Under the pieces are notes generated by a model that did no database searches, was not told the DNA's origin, and saw nothing but the letters and a program-made list of their open reading frames with translations. 64,000 bases of DNA, taken from positions 10,035 to 74,034 of the forward strand of contig CAXXTG010000281.1 of assembly GCA_963666855.2 (NCBI GenBank), given 5' to 3'. The position numbers and the translations under genes are program-made. Positions 1 through 9,062 of the stretch are shown here, piece after piece. Origin of the DNA: Vicinamibacterales bacterium. GTDB lineage: Bacteria; Acidobacteriota; Vicinamibacteria; Vicinamibacterales; UBA8438. Every line of letters begins with the position of its first letter. Positions within the stretch are counted from its first letter, which is position 1.

Positions 1-645
1 CGGGGCACGGCTTTCTTCGAGGGCAACCGGTACCGGCTGAGCCACGGCGCCATCGGGTTCGCCAACCTGAACCGGATCGAGCCGTTCGTCGACATCGAGG
101 TCGAGACCGACGTCCGCGTGCCGGGGCAGACCTACCGGGTCATGGTCCGGGCGACGGGCACGCCGGACGAGCTGGTCCCCACCCTGTCGTCGGACCCGCC
201 CCTGCCGGAGGTCGACATCTTCTCGCTGCTGCTCGGCGACATCCGCGACCCCCTGAGCGCCGACCTCCGGGCCGCGCGGGCGCCCGAGCTGGCCCAGCAG
301 CAGCGGTTCCAGGCCGGCGCCGCGCGTCTGCTGACGAGCCCCCTCTCGTCGAGCGTCGGCCGCGTGGTCCAGGACTCGTTCGGGGTCGACACGTTCCAGA
401 TCACCCCGTCCCTCGGCGATCCGTCCTCCCGGCAGTCGGCCGAGCTCAACCCGACGGCCCGGATGCTCATCGGCAAGCGGATATCCGACCGGACGCACAT
501 CACGCTCTCTCGGGCGGTCAGCGGGGCCAACCGCGACCTCCTCGTCGTCCTCGAACACGACCAGAGCGACCGGCTGACGTGGATCCTGTCGCAGAACGAA
601 GACCGCACCTACGCCCTGGACTTCCGCGTGAGGCATGCATTTTGA
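1..645 (+). CDS. tamB: TamB-like translocation/assembly module protein, C-terminal part (5' end outside the window)
   Basis: Frame 1 is open from the window edge. The C-terminus (GKRISDRTHITLSRAVSG...LEHDQSDRLTWILSQNEDRTYALDFRVRHAF) looks like the DUF490/TamB end. It lies directly upstream of an Omp85 gene. Confidence 0.6.
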   Translation, partial: RGTAFFEGNRYRLSHGAIGFANLNRIEPFVDIEVETDVRVPGQTYRVMVRATGTPDELVPTLSSDPPLPEVDIFSLLLGDIRDPLSADLRAARAPELAQQQRFQAGAARLLTSPLSSSVGRVVQDSFGVDTFQITPSLGDPSSRQSAELNPTARMLIGKRISDRTHITLSRAVSGANRDLLVVLEHDQSDRLTWILSQNEDRTYALDFRVRHAF

Positions 646-3566
646 ACCGCGCCCGCCTCGCCGGCGCGGCGGCGGCCGCGCTGGCCCTCGCCGCGCCTCC
701 CGCCGGCGCCGCCGACCCCGCGGCGCTCGCGGGCCGGAATGTCGCCGAAGTGCGGCTGTTCCGTGACGGACGGCCCGTCGACGAGCCCGCCCTGCTCGAC
801 TTCGTCGAGACGCGCCCCGGCCGGCCGTTGTCGATGCGGCAGGTCCGCGAGAGCGTCACCCACCTGTTCAGCATCGGCGAGTTCGTCGACGTCCGCGCCA
901 CCGCCGCCGCGGGGGCGCGGGGCGTCAGCCTGCGATACGACCTGGTGCCGTTCCGCGGCGCGGGCGGGGTGGAGGTGCTCGACGCCCGCGGCCGGCCCGA
1001 CGAGGAGGCGGCCGAACTCGTCCGGCGCCGCTTGGGAAGCAGGGTGGCGGCGGGCCAGGTCGCCGCCGCCACCGCGCTTCTCGAAGAGTACTACCGCGGC
1101 GCGGGCCGTTTCGCCGCCCGAATCACGCCGAGGCCGCCGTCGCCCGACGGCCGCCTCGTCATCGACGTCGACCCGGGGCCGGCCGCGCGCATCGGGGCGA
1201 TCGAGGTTCGCGGGGTCGAGCCCCCCCGGCGGCCCGCCGTCCTGAATCGACTCGGCGTGCGGGAGGGGGGGGCCTACGATCCGGCCGAGCTCGACCGCCG
1301 TCTCGCCGAGTACGAGGCGGAGGTCCGGTCCCGGCGGTTCTACGCGGCGCGCTTCTCCCACGCCGCCGCGCCGAGCCCGGACGGGCTGGCGGTGTCCCTC
1401 GACCTGGACGTCCGGGCCGGTTCGCAGGTCGCCATCCGTCTCGAGGGGGATCCGGTCCCCGGCGCGCGGGTGGACGAGCTGGTCCCCATCGCCCGGGAGG
1501 GGTCGATCGACGAGGACCTGCTGGAAGATTCGGGACTGCGCATCGAGAACCACCTGCGGGAGCTCGGCTACCGCGACGCGCGGGTGACCCACCGCCGGTT
1601 GGAGGAGCCGGGTCAGCTCGCGGTCGTGTTCGACGTCGCGCGGGGGGCGCGGTACGTCGTCGGCGAGGTCGCGTTCACCGGTCATCGGGCCGTGCCGTCG
1701 GCCGAGCTGGCCGATCTCTTCGACGTCGAGGCGGGGGCGTCCCTGGTCATGGACGGCGTGGAGGCGGGGGCGGCGGCGGTGCGGGCCGCCTACGAACGGC
1801 GCGGCTACCGGGGGGTGGACGTGCGGACGGAGTTCGTCGAAGGGCCTCCGCCCGGCGCCGGCGGCGAAGCGGCGGCGGTGCCCGTGAAGCTGCTGGTCCA
1901 TCTCGCCGAGGGGGCGCCCACCGCGGTCGGTGCCGTCTCGTTCGAGGGGGTGACCGCGTTCACCGAGGCGGAGCTGGCGGCCGCCGTCGAGGTGCGGCCG
2001 GGCATGCCGTTCCACGCGCCGCGGGCGCGGGCCGCCGGCGCCGCGATCCTGTTGCGCTACCTCAACGAGGGGTACGAAGAAGCCGAGGTGGAGGTCGAGC
2101 CGCGGTTCGACGAGTCCGGCGCGACCGCCGACCTCGTGTTCCTCGTGCGCGAGGGGCCCCAGATCTTCGTGGACCACGTGCTGGTGGTGGGCAACCGGCA
2201 GATATCGACGGCCACCATTCGGCGCGAGCTGGCCCTGCGCCCCGGCGAGCCGCTGGGGCGGGACGAGATCGACGAGACCCGCCGCCGCCTGACCGCGCTC
2301 GGGATCTTCCGGCGCATCGAGCTCCGGCAGTTCAGCCACGGCGCCTCGGACCGCCGCGACGTCGTGGTCGTGGTCGAGGAGGCTCCGGCCACCCGCGTCG
2401 GGTACGGGGGCGGGCTCGAGGCGAGCCAGCGGCTGCGCGCCGGGGCGGGCGGGGCGGCGGCCGAGCGGATAGAGTTCGCCCCGCGCGGGTTCTTCGAAAT
2501 CGGCCGGCGCAACCTGTGGGGCAAGAACCGGTCCGTCGATCTGTACACCCGGGTCAGCCTGTGGCCGCAGGGCGCTCCGGCCGAGGATGTCTCCCGCACC
2601 GATCTCGGGTTCAACGAGTACCGGTTCCTGCTGAACTTCCGCGAGCCGCGGGCCTTCGGGCAGTCGGGCGACCTCCTGGTGTCCGGGTTCGCCGAGCAGG
2701 TCATCCGGCCCAGCTTCAACCTGATCAGCCGCGGCGTGAACACCGAGCTGCGGCGCGTCATCGGGCCGAGGACGACGTGGCGGTTGGGCCATACCTACGG
2801 GGTGAACCGGATCGCGAACGAGCAGTTGCGGTCGGAGGACCGCCCCCTCGTCGACCGCCTGTTTCCGGAGGTGACGCTCTCGACCTTCTCGGCCGGTCTG
2901 GTGCGGGACACGCGGACCGATCCGCTGGAGCCGACCGGAGGCACCCTGCTGGCCGTCGACGTCGAGGCGTCGTCCCCCCGGATCGGCTCCGCCGTGGGGT
3001 TCGCCAAGACCGTCGTTCAGTGGTTCCTGTACCGGCGGTTGCCGGGCGACGTGGTCTTTGCCGGCGGCGCGCGCGTGGGGCTGGCCCGGAGCTTCACGAC
3101 GACGCTCCTCCGGGCGACGACGCTGGTGTTGAACGACGACGGGGTGCCGGAGCTGCGGGAGGTCGCGACGCTGACCTTCATCCACGACCTGCCCGCGAGC
3201 GAGCGGTTCTTCGCGGGGGGGGACTCCACCGTCCGGGGGTTCGCGCTCGACCGGCTCGGCGACGAGTCGACCATCGGCGCGAACGGTTTTCCGACCGGGG
3301 GGAACGCGATGATGGTGCTGAACTCGGAGCTTCGGGTGCCGGTGTTCGGACCGCTCCAGGTGGTGGGCTTCCTCGATGCCGGCAACGTGGTCGAACGGGT
3401 GGGCAACCTGGCGCGCGTCCGCGGGGCGGCCGGCTTCGGGCTGCGCTATCGTTCGCCCATCGGCCCGATCCGGGTCGACCTCGGGTTCAAGCTGGACCGG
3501 CGGGAGTTCGCGGGCGAGCGGGAGCGGCTGACGGCCCTGCATCTCAGCATCGGACAGGCGTTCTAG
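642..3566 (+). CDS. bamA: Outer membrane protein assembly factor BamA / Omp85 family with POTRA repeats
   Basis: The ORF is 579..3566. The likely start is TTG 642, overlapping the tamB TGA (TTTGA), followed by an Ala-rich signal peptide. Repeated POTRA-like segments are present. The C-terminal barrel carries FFAGGDSTVRGF and GFGLRYRSPIGPIRVDLGF motifs and ends in F. Confidence 0.8.
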   Translation: MNRARLAGAAAAALALAAPPAGAADPAALAGRNVAEVRLFRDGRPVDEPALLDFVETRPGRPLSMRQVRESVTHLFSIGEFVDVRATAAAGARGVSLRYDLVPFRGAGGVEVLDARGRPDEEAAELVRRRLGSRVAAGQVAAATALLEEYYRGAGRFAARITPRPPSPDGRLVIDVDPGPAARIGAIEVRGVEPPRRPAVLNRLGVREGGAYDPAELDRRLAEYEAEVRSRRFYAARFSHAAAPSPDGLAVSLDLDVRAGSQVAIRLEGDPVPGARVDELVPIAREGSIDEDLLEDSGLRIENHLRELGYRDARVTHRRLEEPGQLAVVFDVARGARYVVGEVAFTGHRAVPSAELADLFDVEAGASLVMDGVEAGAAAVRAAYERRGYRGVDVRTEFVEGPPPGAGGEAAAVPVKLLVHLAEGAPTAVGAVSFEGVTAFTEAELAAAVEVRPGMPFHAPRARAAGAAILLRYLNEGYEEAEVEVEPRFDESGATADLVFLVREGPQIFVDHVLVVGNRQISTATIRRELALRPGEPLGRDEIDETRRRLTALGIFRRIELRQFSHGASDRRDVVVVVEEAPATRVGYGGGLEASQRLRAGAGGAAAERIEFAPRGFFEIGRRNLWGKNRSVDLYTRVSLWPQGAPAEDVSRTDLGFNEYRFLLNFREPRAFGQSGDLLVSGFAEQVIRPSFNLISRGVNTELRRVIGPRTTWRLGHTYGVNRIANEQLRSEDRPLVDRLFPEVTLSTFSAGLVRDTRTDPLEPTGGTLLAVDVEASSPRIGSAVGFAKTVVQWFLYRRLPGDVVFAGGARVGLARSFTTTLLRATTLVLNDDGVPELREVATLTFIHDLPASERFFAGGDSTVRGFALDRLGDESTIGANGFPTGGNAMMVLNSELRVPVFGPLQVVGFLDAGNVVERVGNLARVRGAAGFGLRYRSPIGPIRVDLGFKLDRREFAGERERLTALHLSIGQAF

Positions 3567-3589
3567 GAGTCTGCGCCGTAGACTCCCAG
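3563..3589. repeat. Short copy of the GGAGTCTGC...GCAGACTCC palindromic element; probable terminator hairpin after bamA
   Basis: The sequence ctaggagtctgcgccgtagactcccag overlaps the bamA TAG. It has a 7-bp stem ggagtct/agactcc. The same core occurs at 8941-8978 and 10114-10150. Confidence 0.6.
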
Positions 3590-3705
3590 CGGGGTCGGTC
3601 GGGCGGCGGGCGGAGGCCGCTGCGCGACCTTGCGGTCGCGTTCGGCGGTGATTGGCGGGCTGGGACGTTCCGGGAGGTTTCGTCCGCGTAGTGCGGGGGC
3701 GGCCG

Positions 3706-4272
3706 ATGGTGCCGAGACGGCGGGTCGTGTGGCTGTGCGCGGTCGCGGGCGTCCTGGCCGGCGGCGGTTGGCCCGCGCCGGGCGCCGGCCAGCCGCCCGG
3801 GGCCGGGCAGCTCCTCGACCGCGTGCTCGCCGTGGTCGGAGGGCAGGTCATCCTGCTGTCCGACGTCCGCCTGTTCCTGGAAACGGGGCTGGTCGAGGAG
3901 CCGTCGGGGGCGGCCGATCCGGTTCCGCGCACCCTCGAGCGCCTGATCGAGCGTCGTCTGATTCTGGACGAGGCGGCCCGCTACGTCGTGGAAGACCCGA
4001 TCTCGAGCGAGGTCGACGCCCGCCTGAGGCGTATCGAGCGGCGTGCCGGGGGTTCCCGTGCGCTCGACGCGGCGCTCGCGGCGGCGGGATACGCGCGGCG
4101 TGACCTCGAGCAGGTCGTGGAGGACGACCTGCGCATCGAACGCTACCTGGCGCGGCGGTTTCCGCCGCCGGCGCGCCCGGACGGGGCGTCGTCGGCGGCG
4201 CGGCGGGCGCTCATCGACGACTGGCTGGCCTCGCTTCCGGCCCGCGCGGCGGTCATCCGGGTCGCGCCGTGA
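3706..4272 (+). CDS. SurA N-terminal-domain-like periplasmic chaperone (no PPIase domain)
   Basis: ATG 3706 gives the signal peptide MVPRRRVVWLCAVAGVLAGGG. The motif LDRVLAVVGGQVILLSDV...LIERRLILDEA matches the SurA_N pattern. The gene follows bamA. Confidence 0.55.
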   Translation: MVPRRRVVWLCAVAGVLAGGGWPAPGAGQPPGAGQLLDRVLAVVGGQVILLSDVRLFLETGLVEEPSGAADPVPRTLERLIERRLILDEAARYVVEDPISSEVDARLRRIERRAGGSRALDAALAAAGYARRDLEQVVEDDLRIERYLARRFPPPARPDGASSAARRALIDDWLASLPARAAVIRVAP

Positions 4273-4279
4273 CCCCGGG

Positions 4280-5116
4280 TCATCCGGCTCCGCCCCCGAC
4301 GTAGGCGATGAGCACCTCCGTCGCGTTGAAGCCCGCATGACAGGCGAACGGCGCGACCATGCTGCCGCGGACCAGGTAGAGGACGCCCCACAGGGCCCCC
4401 AGCAGGCCGGTGATGACGGCCGCGTCCCGGCCCTGCACGAGGTGGCCGAGGCCGAAGGCCGTGCTGAACACCACCAGGCCGACCGCGGCGCCGCCGAGGT
4501 GCCGCTCGAATCGGCGCAGGATGAAGGCGCGCTGCACCTCTTCCCGCAGTCCGCCGGCCACGACCGCGACCCCGCCGAAGGCGATCGCGGCCGCGGGCGT
4601 CGTGATGAGCGCTTCGAGCGGGTTCTCGGGGACGTTGCGCAGCTCGGGCGCGACCCGCGAGAGGACCGCGAACGCGACCGCGACGACCAGGAGCGCGGCG
4701 GGCACGAGGGCCAGTCCGAGCAGCAGCTCCGACCGGATCGGGCGCCGGCCCACCATCGCGGCGACGGGATGCTCGCCGTGGGCGCGCATCAGCATCCACA
4801 CCAGGGCGAGGATCACCGCCGCGTCGACCAGCGACAGGGTGACGACGTAGGCGAGCGAGAGGTCGCCAGAGCCGTCGGTGGGCCCCGCCCCCAGCATCCC
4901 CAGCAAGACGACGAGGGTCAACTGGGTCGGGAATCCGGAGCAGAGAACCACCTCGCCGGCGGCCCTGACCCGCGCGCTGAACGCCGGCGGCGCCGGCCGG
5001 CCTCCGGCGCCGGGCGCGGGCTCGGGCACATGGTCGTCGGCTGCCGAGCCGGCCGCATCGTGCCCCGGCGCGTCGACGACCGGCGGCGGATCGTCCGCAG
5101 GTTCCCCGTGCGACAT
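4280..5116 (-). CDS. CPBP family intramembrane glutamic endopeptidase (CAAX protease/Abi)
   Basis: A multi-TM protein with REEVQRAFILRRF (EExxxR), FGLGHL and HAGFNA motifs in CPBP order. Confidence 0.75.
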   Translation of the reverse strand: MSHGEPADDPPPVVDAPGHDAAGSAADDHVPEPAPGAGGRPAPPAFSARVRAAGEVVLCSGFPTQLTLVVLLGMLGAGPTDGSGDLSLAYVVTLSLVDAAVILALVWMLMRAHGEHPVAAMVGRRPIRSELLLGLALVPAALLVVAVAFAVLSRVAPELRNVPENPLEALITTPAAAIAFGGVAVVAGGLREEVQRAFILRRFERHLGGAAVGLVVFSTAFGLGHLVQGRDAAVITGLLGALWGVLYLVRGSMVAPFACHAGFNATEVLIAYVGGGAG

Positions 5117-5154
5117 GACCGAAGCACTCTACCATACGCCGGCGTCTCGATTGG

Positions 5155-5184
5155 TTGACAATTCAGCTACATCTAGGCTATCGT
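5155..5184 (+). promoter_or_regulatory. Putative sigma70-type promoter of nrdJ
   Basis: TTGACA at 5155-5160, an 18-nt spacer, then TATCGT at 5179-5184. This is an A/T-richer patch in the divergent intergenic region. Confidence 0.4.
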
Positions 5185-5210
5185 CCGCGGCTAGACGCAA
5201 TATGTAGTGG
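5164..5210 (+). promoter_or_regulatory. Two tandem NrdR boxes
   Basis: Box 1 is cagCTACATCTAGgct (5164-5179) and box 2 is acgCAATATGTAGtgg (5195-5210). Box 2 matches the published acaCwAtATaTwGtgt consensus at 13/16 positions by eye. The box starts are 31 nt apart, and box 1 sits between the -35 and -10 elements. Confidence 0.55.
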
Positions 5211-5471
5211 GTCTTGCCCGACGATGGCCGTACGCGTTCCGCAGTTCCCGCGCCTCTTTCCGCCAATGGTCCGGCGTTGGATCCTCGCGGCCGGCGGGCC
5301 GCGGGCCGGCGCGCCGCGGTCCTGACGGGCGCGCGTCCGGGGCGCGGGGCGGCCGCACGCCGTGGGCCGGCGCGTCCCCGGGGTCGCCCGGGCGGATGCA
5401 GCCCATCCGCCGACTGAAGATGCGCCGGAAGGCGGGCCGGCGCGGAAACGACGAAGACCAGGAGTTCGCCG

Positions 5472-8354
5472 ATGCAGAGAAGCGCTGTTCAAGAACGGGA
5501 GACGGCCGCGCCGCCCCTGGAGACGGAGCCGCCCAGGACCGATCGCGCCGGCCTGGAGTTCCCGCGGTACTTCTCGCGCGCCGGGTCCGATCCGTTCGAC
5601 GAGATCGAGTGGGAGTCGCGGAGCGCCGTCATCGGCAACGAGCGGGGCGAGGTGGTCTTCGAGCAGCGCGACGCCGAGGTGCCCGCGTTCTGGTCCCAGC
5701 AGGCCGCCAACATCGTGGTGTCGAAGTACTTCCGGGGCGTGCTGGGCACCTCCGGGCGCGAGCGGAGCGTCAAACAGCTCATCGGGCGGGTGGTCGACAC
5801 CATCACCCGGTGGGCCGGGGACCAGCGCTACTTCGCCGCCGAGGCCGACCTGCGGGCGTTCAGCGACGACCTGAAGCACCTCCTCGTGTACCAGAAGGCG
5901 GCGTTCAACAGTCCGGTGTGGTTCAACTGCGGGTTCGAGAAGGAGCCCCAGTGCTCGGCCTGCTTCATCAACTCGGTCGACGACACGATGGAGTCGATTC
6001 TGACCCTCGCCCGGACCGAGGGGATGCTGTTCAAGTACGGGTCGGGGACGGGCACGAACCTGTCGTCGATCCGGTCGTCGAAGGAGCTGCTGGCCGGCGG
6101 GGGGACCGCCTCGGGGCCGGTCTCGTTCATGAAGGGTTACGACGCGTTCGCGGGAGTCATCAAGTCGGGCGGGAAGACCCGCCGGGCCGCCAAGATGGTG
6201 GTGCTGAACGCCGACCACCCCGACATCGTCGAGTTCATCAACTGCAAGGTGGAGGAGGAGAAGAAGGCCTGGGCGCTGATCGACGCCGGGTACGACGGGT
6301 CGTTCACCGGCACCGCGTACTCGTCGGTGTTCTTCCAGAACTCGAACAACAGCGTGCGGGTGCCCGACGACTTCATGCGCGCGGTCGTCGACGACGGGGA
6401 GTGGGAGACCCGGGCGGTGACCGACGGGAAGGTCATGTCGACCCACCGCGCCCGCGACCTGCTGCGCCTCGTCGCCGAGGGCACGCACGTGTGCGGCGAC
6501 CCCGGCATGCAGTTCGACACCACCATCAACGACTGGCACACCTGCCCGAACACCGACCGCATCAAGGCCTCGAACCCCTGCTCGGAGTACATGTTCCTCG
6601 ACGACTCCGCCTGCAACCTGGCGTCCCTCAACCTCATGCGGTTCCTCGACGAGGGGGGGCGGTTCGACGCCGCCGCGTTCTCGGCGGCGGTGCGGACGAT
6701 GATCACCGCCCAGGAGATCATCGTGGGCAACGCGAGCTATCCGACCGAGGCGATAGCGCGCAACAGCCACGACTACCGGCCCCTCGGCCTGGGCTACGCC
6801 AACCTCGGGGCGCTGCTGATGTCGCGGGGCATTCCCTACGACAGCGACGAGGGGCGGGACTGGGCCGCCGCCGTCACCGCGTTGATGACCGGCGAGGCCT
6901 ACGCCCAGTCGGCCCGCATCGCCCGCGACAACGGCGGCCCGTTCGCGGGGTTCGACGGGAACCGCGAGCCGTTCCTGCGGGTGATGCGCAAGCACCGCGA
7001 CGCCCTGCGGGGCGTCAACGCCGAGCGCGTCCCCGGCGCGCTGTTCGCGGCGGCGTCCCGCGCCTGGGACGACGCGGTCGAGCTGGGCGAGGCCCACGGC
7101 TACCGCAACGCCCAGGCCACGGTGCTCGCCCCCACCGGCACGATCGGGTTCATGATGGACTGCGACACCACCGGGGTCGAGCCCGACATCGCCCTCGTCA
7201 AGTACAAGAAGCTCGTGGGCGGCGGGTTGATGAAGATCGTGAACACGACCGTCCCGATGGCCCTGCGCAACCTGGGGTACGACGGCCGGCAGGTCGACGC
7301 CATCGTGGCGCACATCGACGAGCACGAGACGATCGAGGGCGCGCCGGACCTCGATCCCGGGCACCTGCCGGTGTTCGACTGCGCGTTCAAGCCGGCCCGC
7401 GGGAGCCGGTCGATCCACCACATGGGGCACATCCGGATGATCGGGGCGGTGCAGCCGTTCATCTCCGGGGCCATCTCGAAGACGATCAACGTGCCGCCCG
7501 GCGCGACCGTCGCGGAGATCGAGCAGGCGTACCTCGACGCGTGGCGCCTCGGCACGAAGGCGGTGTCCATCTACCGGGACGGCAGCAAGCGCACGCAGCC
7601 GTTGAACACCACGCGGAAGGGGACGGCCGCCGAGTCCGCGCCCGCGGATTCGGCCGTGGCCGACGCCGTCGCGGCGGCCGGCGCGGGGCCGTCCCGGCGC
7701 CGGCTGCCGGACGAGCGCCAGGCCATCACCCACAAGTTCGACATCGCCGGGCACGAGGGGTACATCACCGTCGGGCTCTTCGAGGACGGCGGTCCCGGAG
7801 AGATATTCCTGGTCATGGCGAAGGAGGGCTCGACCATCTCCGGCTTCGCCGACGCCTTCGCCCAGGCCGTCTCCTACGCGCTGCAGTACGGCGTGCCGCT
7901 GCAGGTGCTGGTGGACAAGTTCAGCCACGTGCGGTTCGAGCCGTCGGGACGGACCCGGAACCGGGACGTGGCGATCGCCAAGTCGATCGTCGACTACATC
8001 TTCCGGTGGATGGCCACGAAGTTCCTGTCGCCGGAGGCGCAGTACCACGCCGGCGTCAACGTGCCGGCCGGCGCCGATTCGGGCGGGCCGGTCGATTCCC
8101 CGACGGCGGCCGGCGGCCCCGGCGAGGCGCGGGCGGCCCCGTCGAGCCCGGCCGCGGGTGCGGGTGGAGGGCTTGGCCGGGCCGATGGCGGGGGCGGCCG
8201 ACCCGGCGCCGGCGCGGGCGCGGGCCGGGGGGCGCCGTTCGCGATCCAGAACGACCAGGACGCCCCGTCGTGCTCCACCTGCGGCGCCATCATGATCCGC
8301 AACGGAAGCTGCTACAAGTGCGTCAATTGCGGCGCGACCAGCGGGTGCGCTTAA
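5472..8354 (+). CDS. nrdJ: Adenosylcobalamin-dependent (class II) ribonucleotide reductase
   Basis: A 960-aa ORF with RNR core motifs seen by eye (NPCSEYMFLDDSACNLASLNL, APTGTIGFMMDCDTTGVEPD, AISKTINVP). A Gly/Ala-rich insert is followed by a C-terminal CxxC...CxxC zinc ribbon (CSTCGAIMIRNGSCYKCVNCG) of the type reported for many class II RNRs. Confidence 0.9.
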   Translation: MQRSAVQERETAAPPLETEPPRTDRAGLEFPRYFSRAGSDPFDEIEWESRSAVIGNERGEVVFEQRDAEVPAFWSQQAANIVVSKYFRGVLGTSGRERSVKQLIGRVVDTITRWAGDQRYFAAEADLRAFSDDLKHLLVYQKAAFNSPVWFNCGFEKEPQCSACFINSVDDTMESILTLARTEGMLFKYGSGTGTNLSSIRSSKELLAGGGTASGPVSFMKGYDAFAGVIKSGGKTRRAAKMVVLNADHPDIVEFINCKVEEEKKAWALIDAGYDGSFTGTAYSSVFFQNSNNSVRVPDDFMRAVVDDGEWETRAVTDGKVMSTHRARDLLRLVAEGTHVCGDPGMQFDTTINDWHTCPNTDRIKASNPCSEYMFLDDSACNLASLNLMRFLDEGGRFDAAAFSAAVRTMITAQEIIVGNASYPTEAIARNSHDYRPLGLGYANLGALLMSRGIPYDSDEGRDWAAAVTALMTGEAYAQSARIARDNGGPFAGFDGNREPFLRVMRKHRDALRGVNAERVPGALFAAASRAWDDAVELGEAHGYRNAQATVLAPTGTIGFMMDCDTTGVEPDIALVKYKKLVGGGLMKIVNTTVPMALRNLGYDGRQVDAIVAHIDEHETIEGAPDLDPGHLPVFDCAFKPARGSRSIHHMGHIRMIGAVQPFISGAISKTINVPPGATVAEIEQAYLDAWRLGTKAVSIYRDGSKRTQPLNTTRKGTAAESAPADSAVADAVAAAGAGPSRRRLPDERQAITHKFDIAGHEGYITVGLFEDGGPGEIFLVMAKEGSTISGFADAFAQAVSYALQYGVPLQVLVDKFSHVRFEPSGRTRNRDVAIAKSIVDYIFRWMATKFLSPEAQYHAGVNVPAGADSGGPVDSPTAAGGPGEARAAPSSPAAGAGGGLGRADGGGGRPGAGAGAGRGAPFAIQNDQDAPSCSTCGAIMIRNGSCYKCVNCGATSGCA

Positions 8355-8507
8355 CGGTCGGCGGTCCGCCGCCCGAACCGCGTGCGGCCGGCGGGCGCGC
8401 GCGGGTGCCTGCCGCATATTCGGACGGCGTCGGAGGGCACTCGGCGATGGCGCGGCCGGCGTTTCGCCCCGCCGCGGCGGCGCGGAGCGGAGCGGAGAGC
8501 AAGGAGG

Positions 8508-8849
8508 CTACTGAGCGTCGTCGCTCCGGCCGAAGTAGGCCAGGGCCACGAGGACCGTCGCGAACAGGGCGCGGGCGATCTGGGGTTCGGGGGCGATCTG
8601 CCCGTACAGGTGCGCGGCGTTGTGGAGCGCGAGCGACTGCAGCCCAAAGAGCGCGGCGAGGGCCAGGGCGAGGCTGCCCGGCAGGCCGACGCGGATCAGC
8701 AGCCCCGCCAGCACGAGCATCGCGCCGAGCAGAATCGACCCGAGGTTGGCAAGGAGATCGAGCCGTGAGGCCCCGAACAGGTCGACCAGCCCGGTTCCCA
8801 GCGAGTACAGCCCGTAGCAGGTCATGCCGAGCGTGGCAGCGGTCAGCAT
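8508..8849 (-). CDS. Small hypothetical membrane protein (about 4 TM)
   Basis: A 113-aa hydrophobic ORF with non-shadow composition. No family is recognised. Confidence 0.45.
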   Translation of the reverse strand: MLTAATLGMTCYGLYSLGTGLVDLFGASRLDLLANLGSILLGAMLVLAGLLIRVGLPGSLALALAALFGLQSLALHNAAHLYGQIAPEPQIARALFATVLVALAYFGRSDDAQ

Positions 8850-8890
8850 CAGAGTCGTCGCCCATTATGTCGTGTGAACCCGTGCCGCGC

Positions 8891-8978
8891 CTAGCCCGGA
8901 GAGCGTCGCCTGCGGCTCCGCCCGCCGCCCAACCAACCCTGCTAGGAGTCTGCACCGCTCTACGGCGCGGACTCCCAG
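8891..8978. repeat. 88-nt REP/MITE-like element, left inverted copy
   Basis: The sequence ctagcccgga...ctaggagtctgcaccgctctacggcgcggactcccag is the reverse complement of 10114-10201, with about 8 mismatches by eye. It contains an internal hairpin. Confidence 0.75.
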
Positions 8979-9062
8979 CTCGGGCCGACCCGGGCCGCAT
9001 GCGTAGAAGACGACCGCGGCGGCCGTGACCTTTCTCCAGTACAGTTGGACGGCAACGACGAC

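Noticed and set aside
609-3932. Very long ORFs on the opposite strand or in alternative frames of real genes. Examples are 609..3932(-), 5178..8417(-), 5207..9028(+), 32956..35847(+) upstream part, 45680..48121(+), 51420..53732(-), 56441..58078(+) and 60900..63272(-).
   Set aside because: Their Arg/Pro/Gly/Ala-dominated composition, lack of recognisable motifs and complete overlap with well-supported genes mark them as shadow ORFs, which are expected in ~70% GC DNA.
5211-5471. A cobalamin riboswitch or other riboswitch in the long nrdJ leader.
   Set aside because: I could not find a B12-box-like core, and B12 riboswitches normally repress B12-independent RNRs rather than nrdJ. This is left as an unexplained leader.
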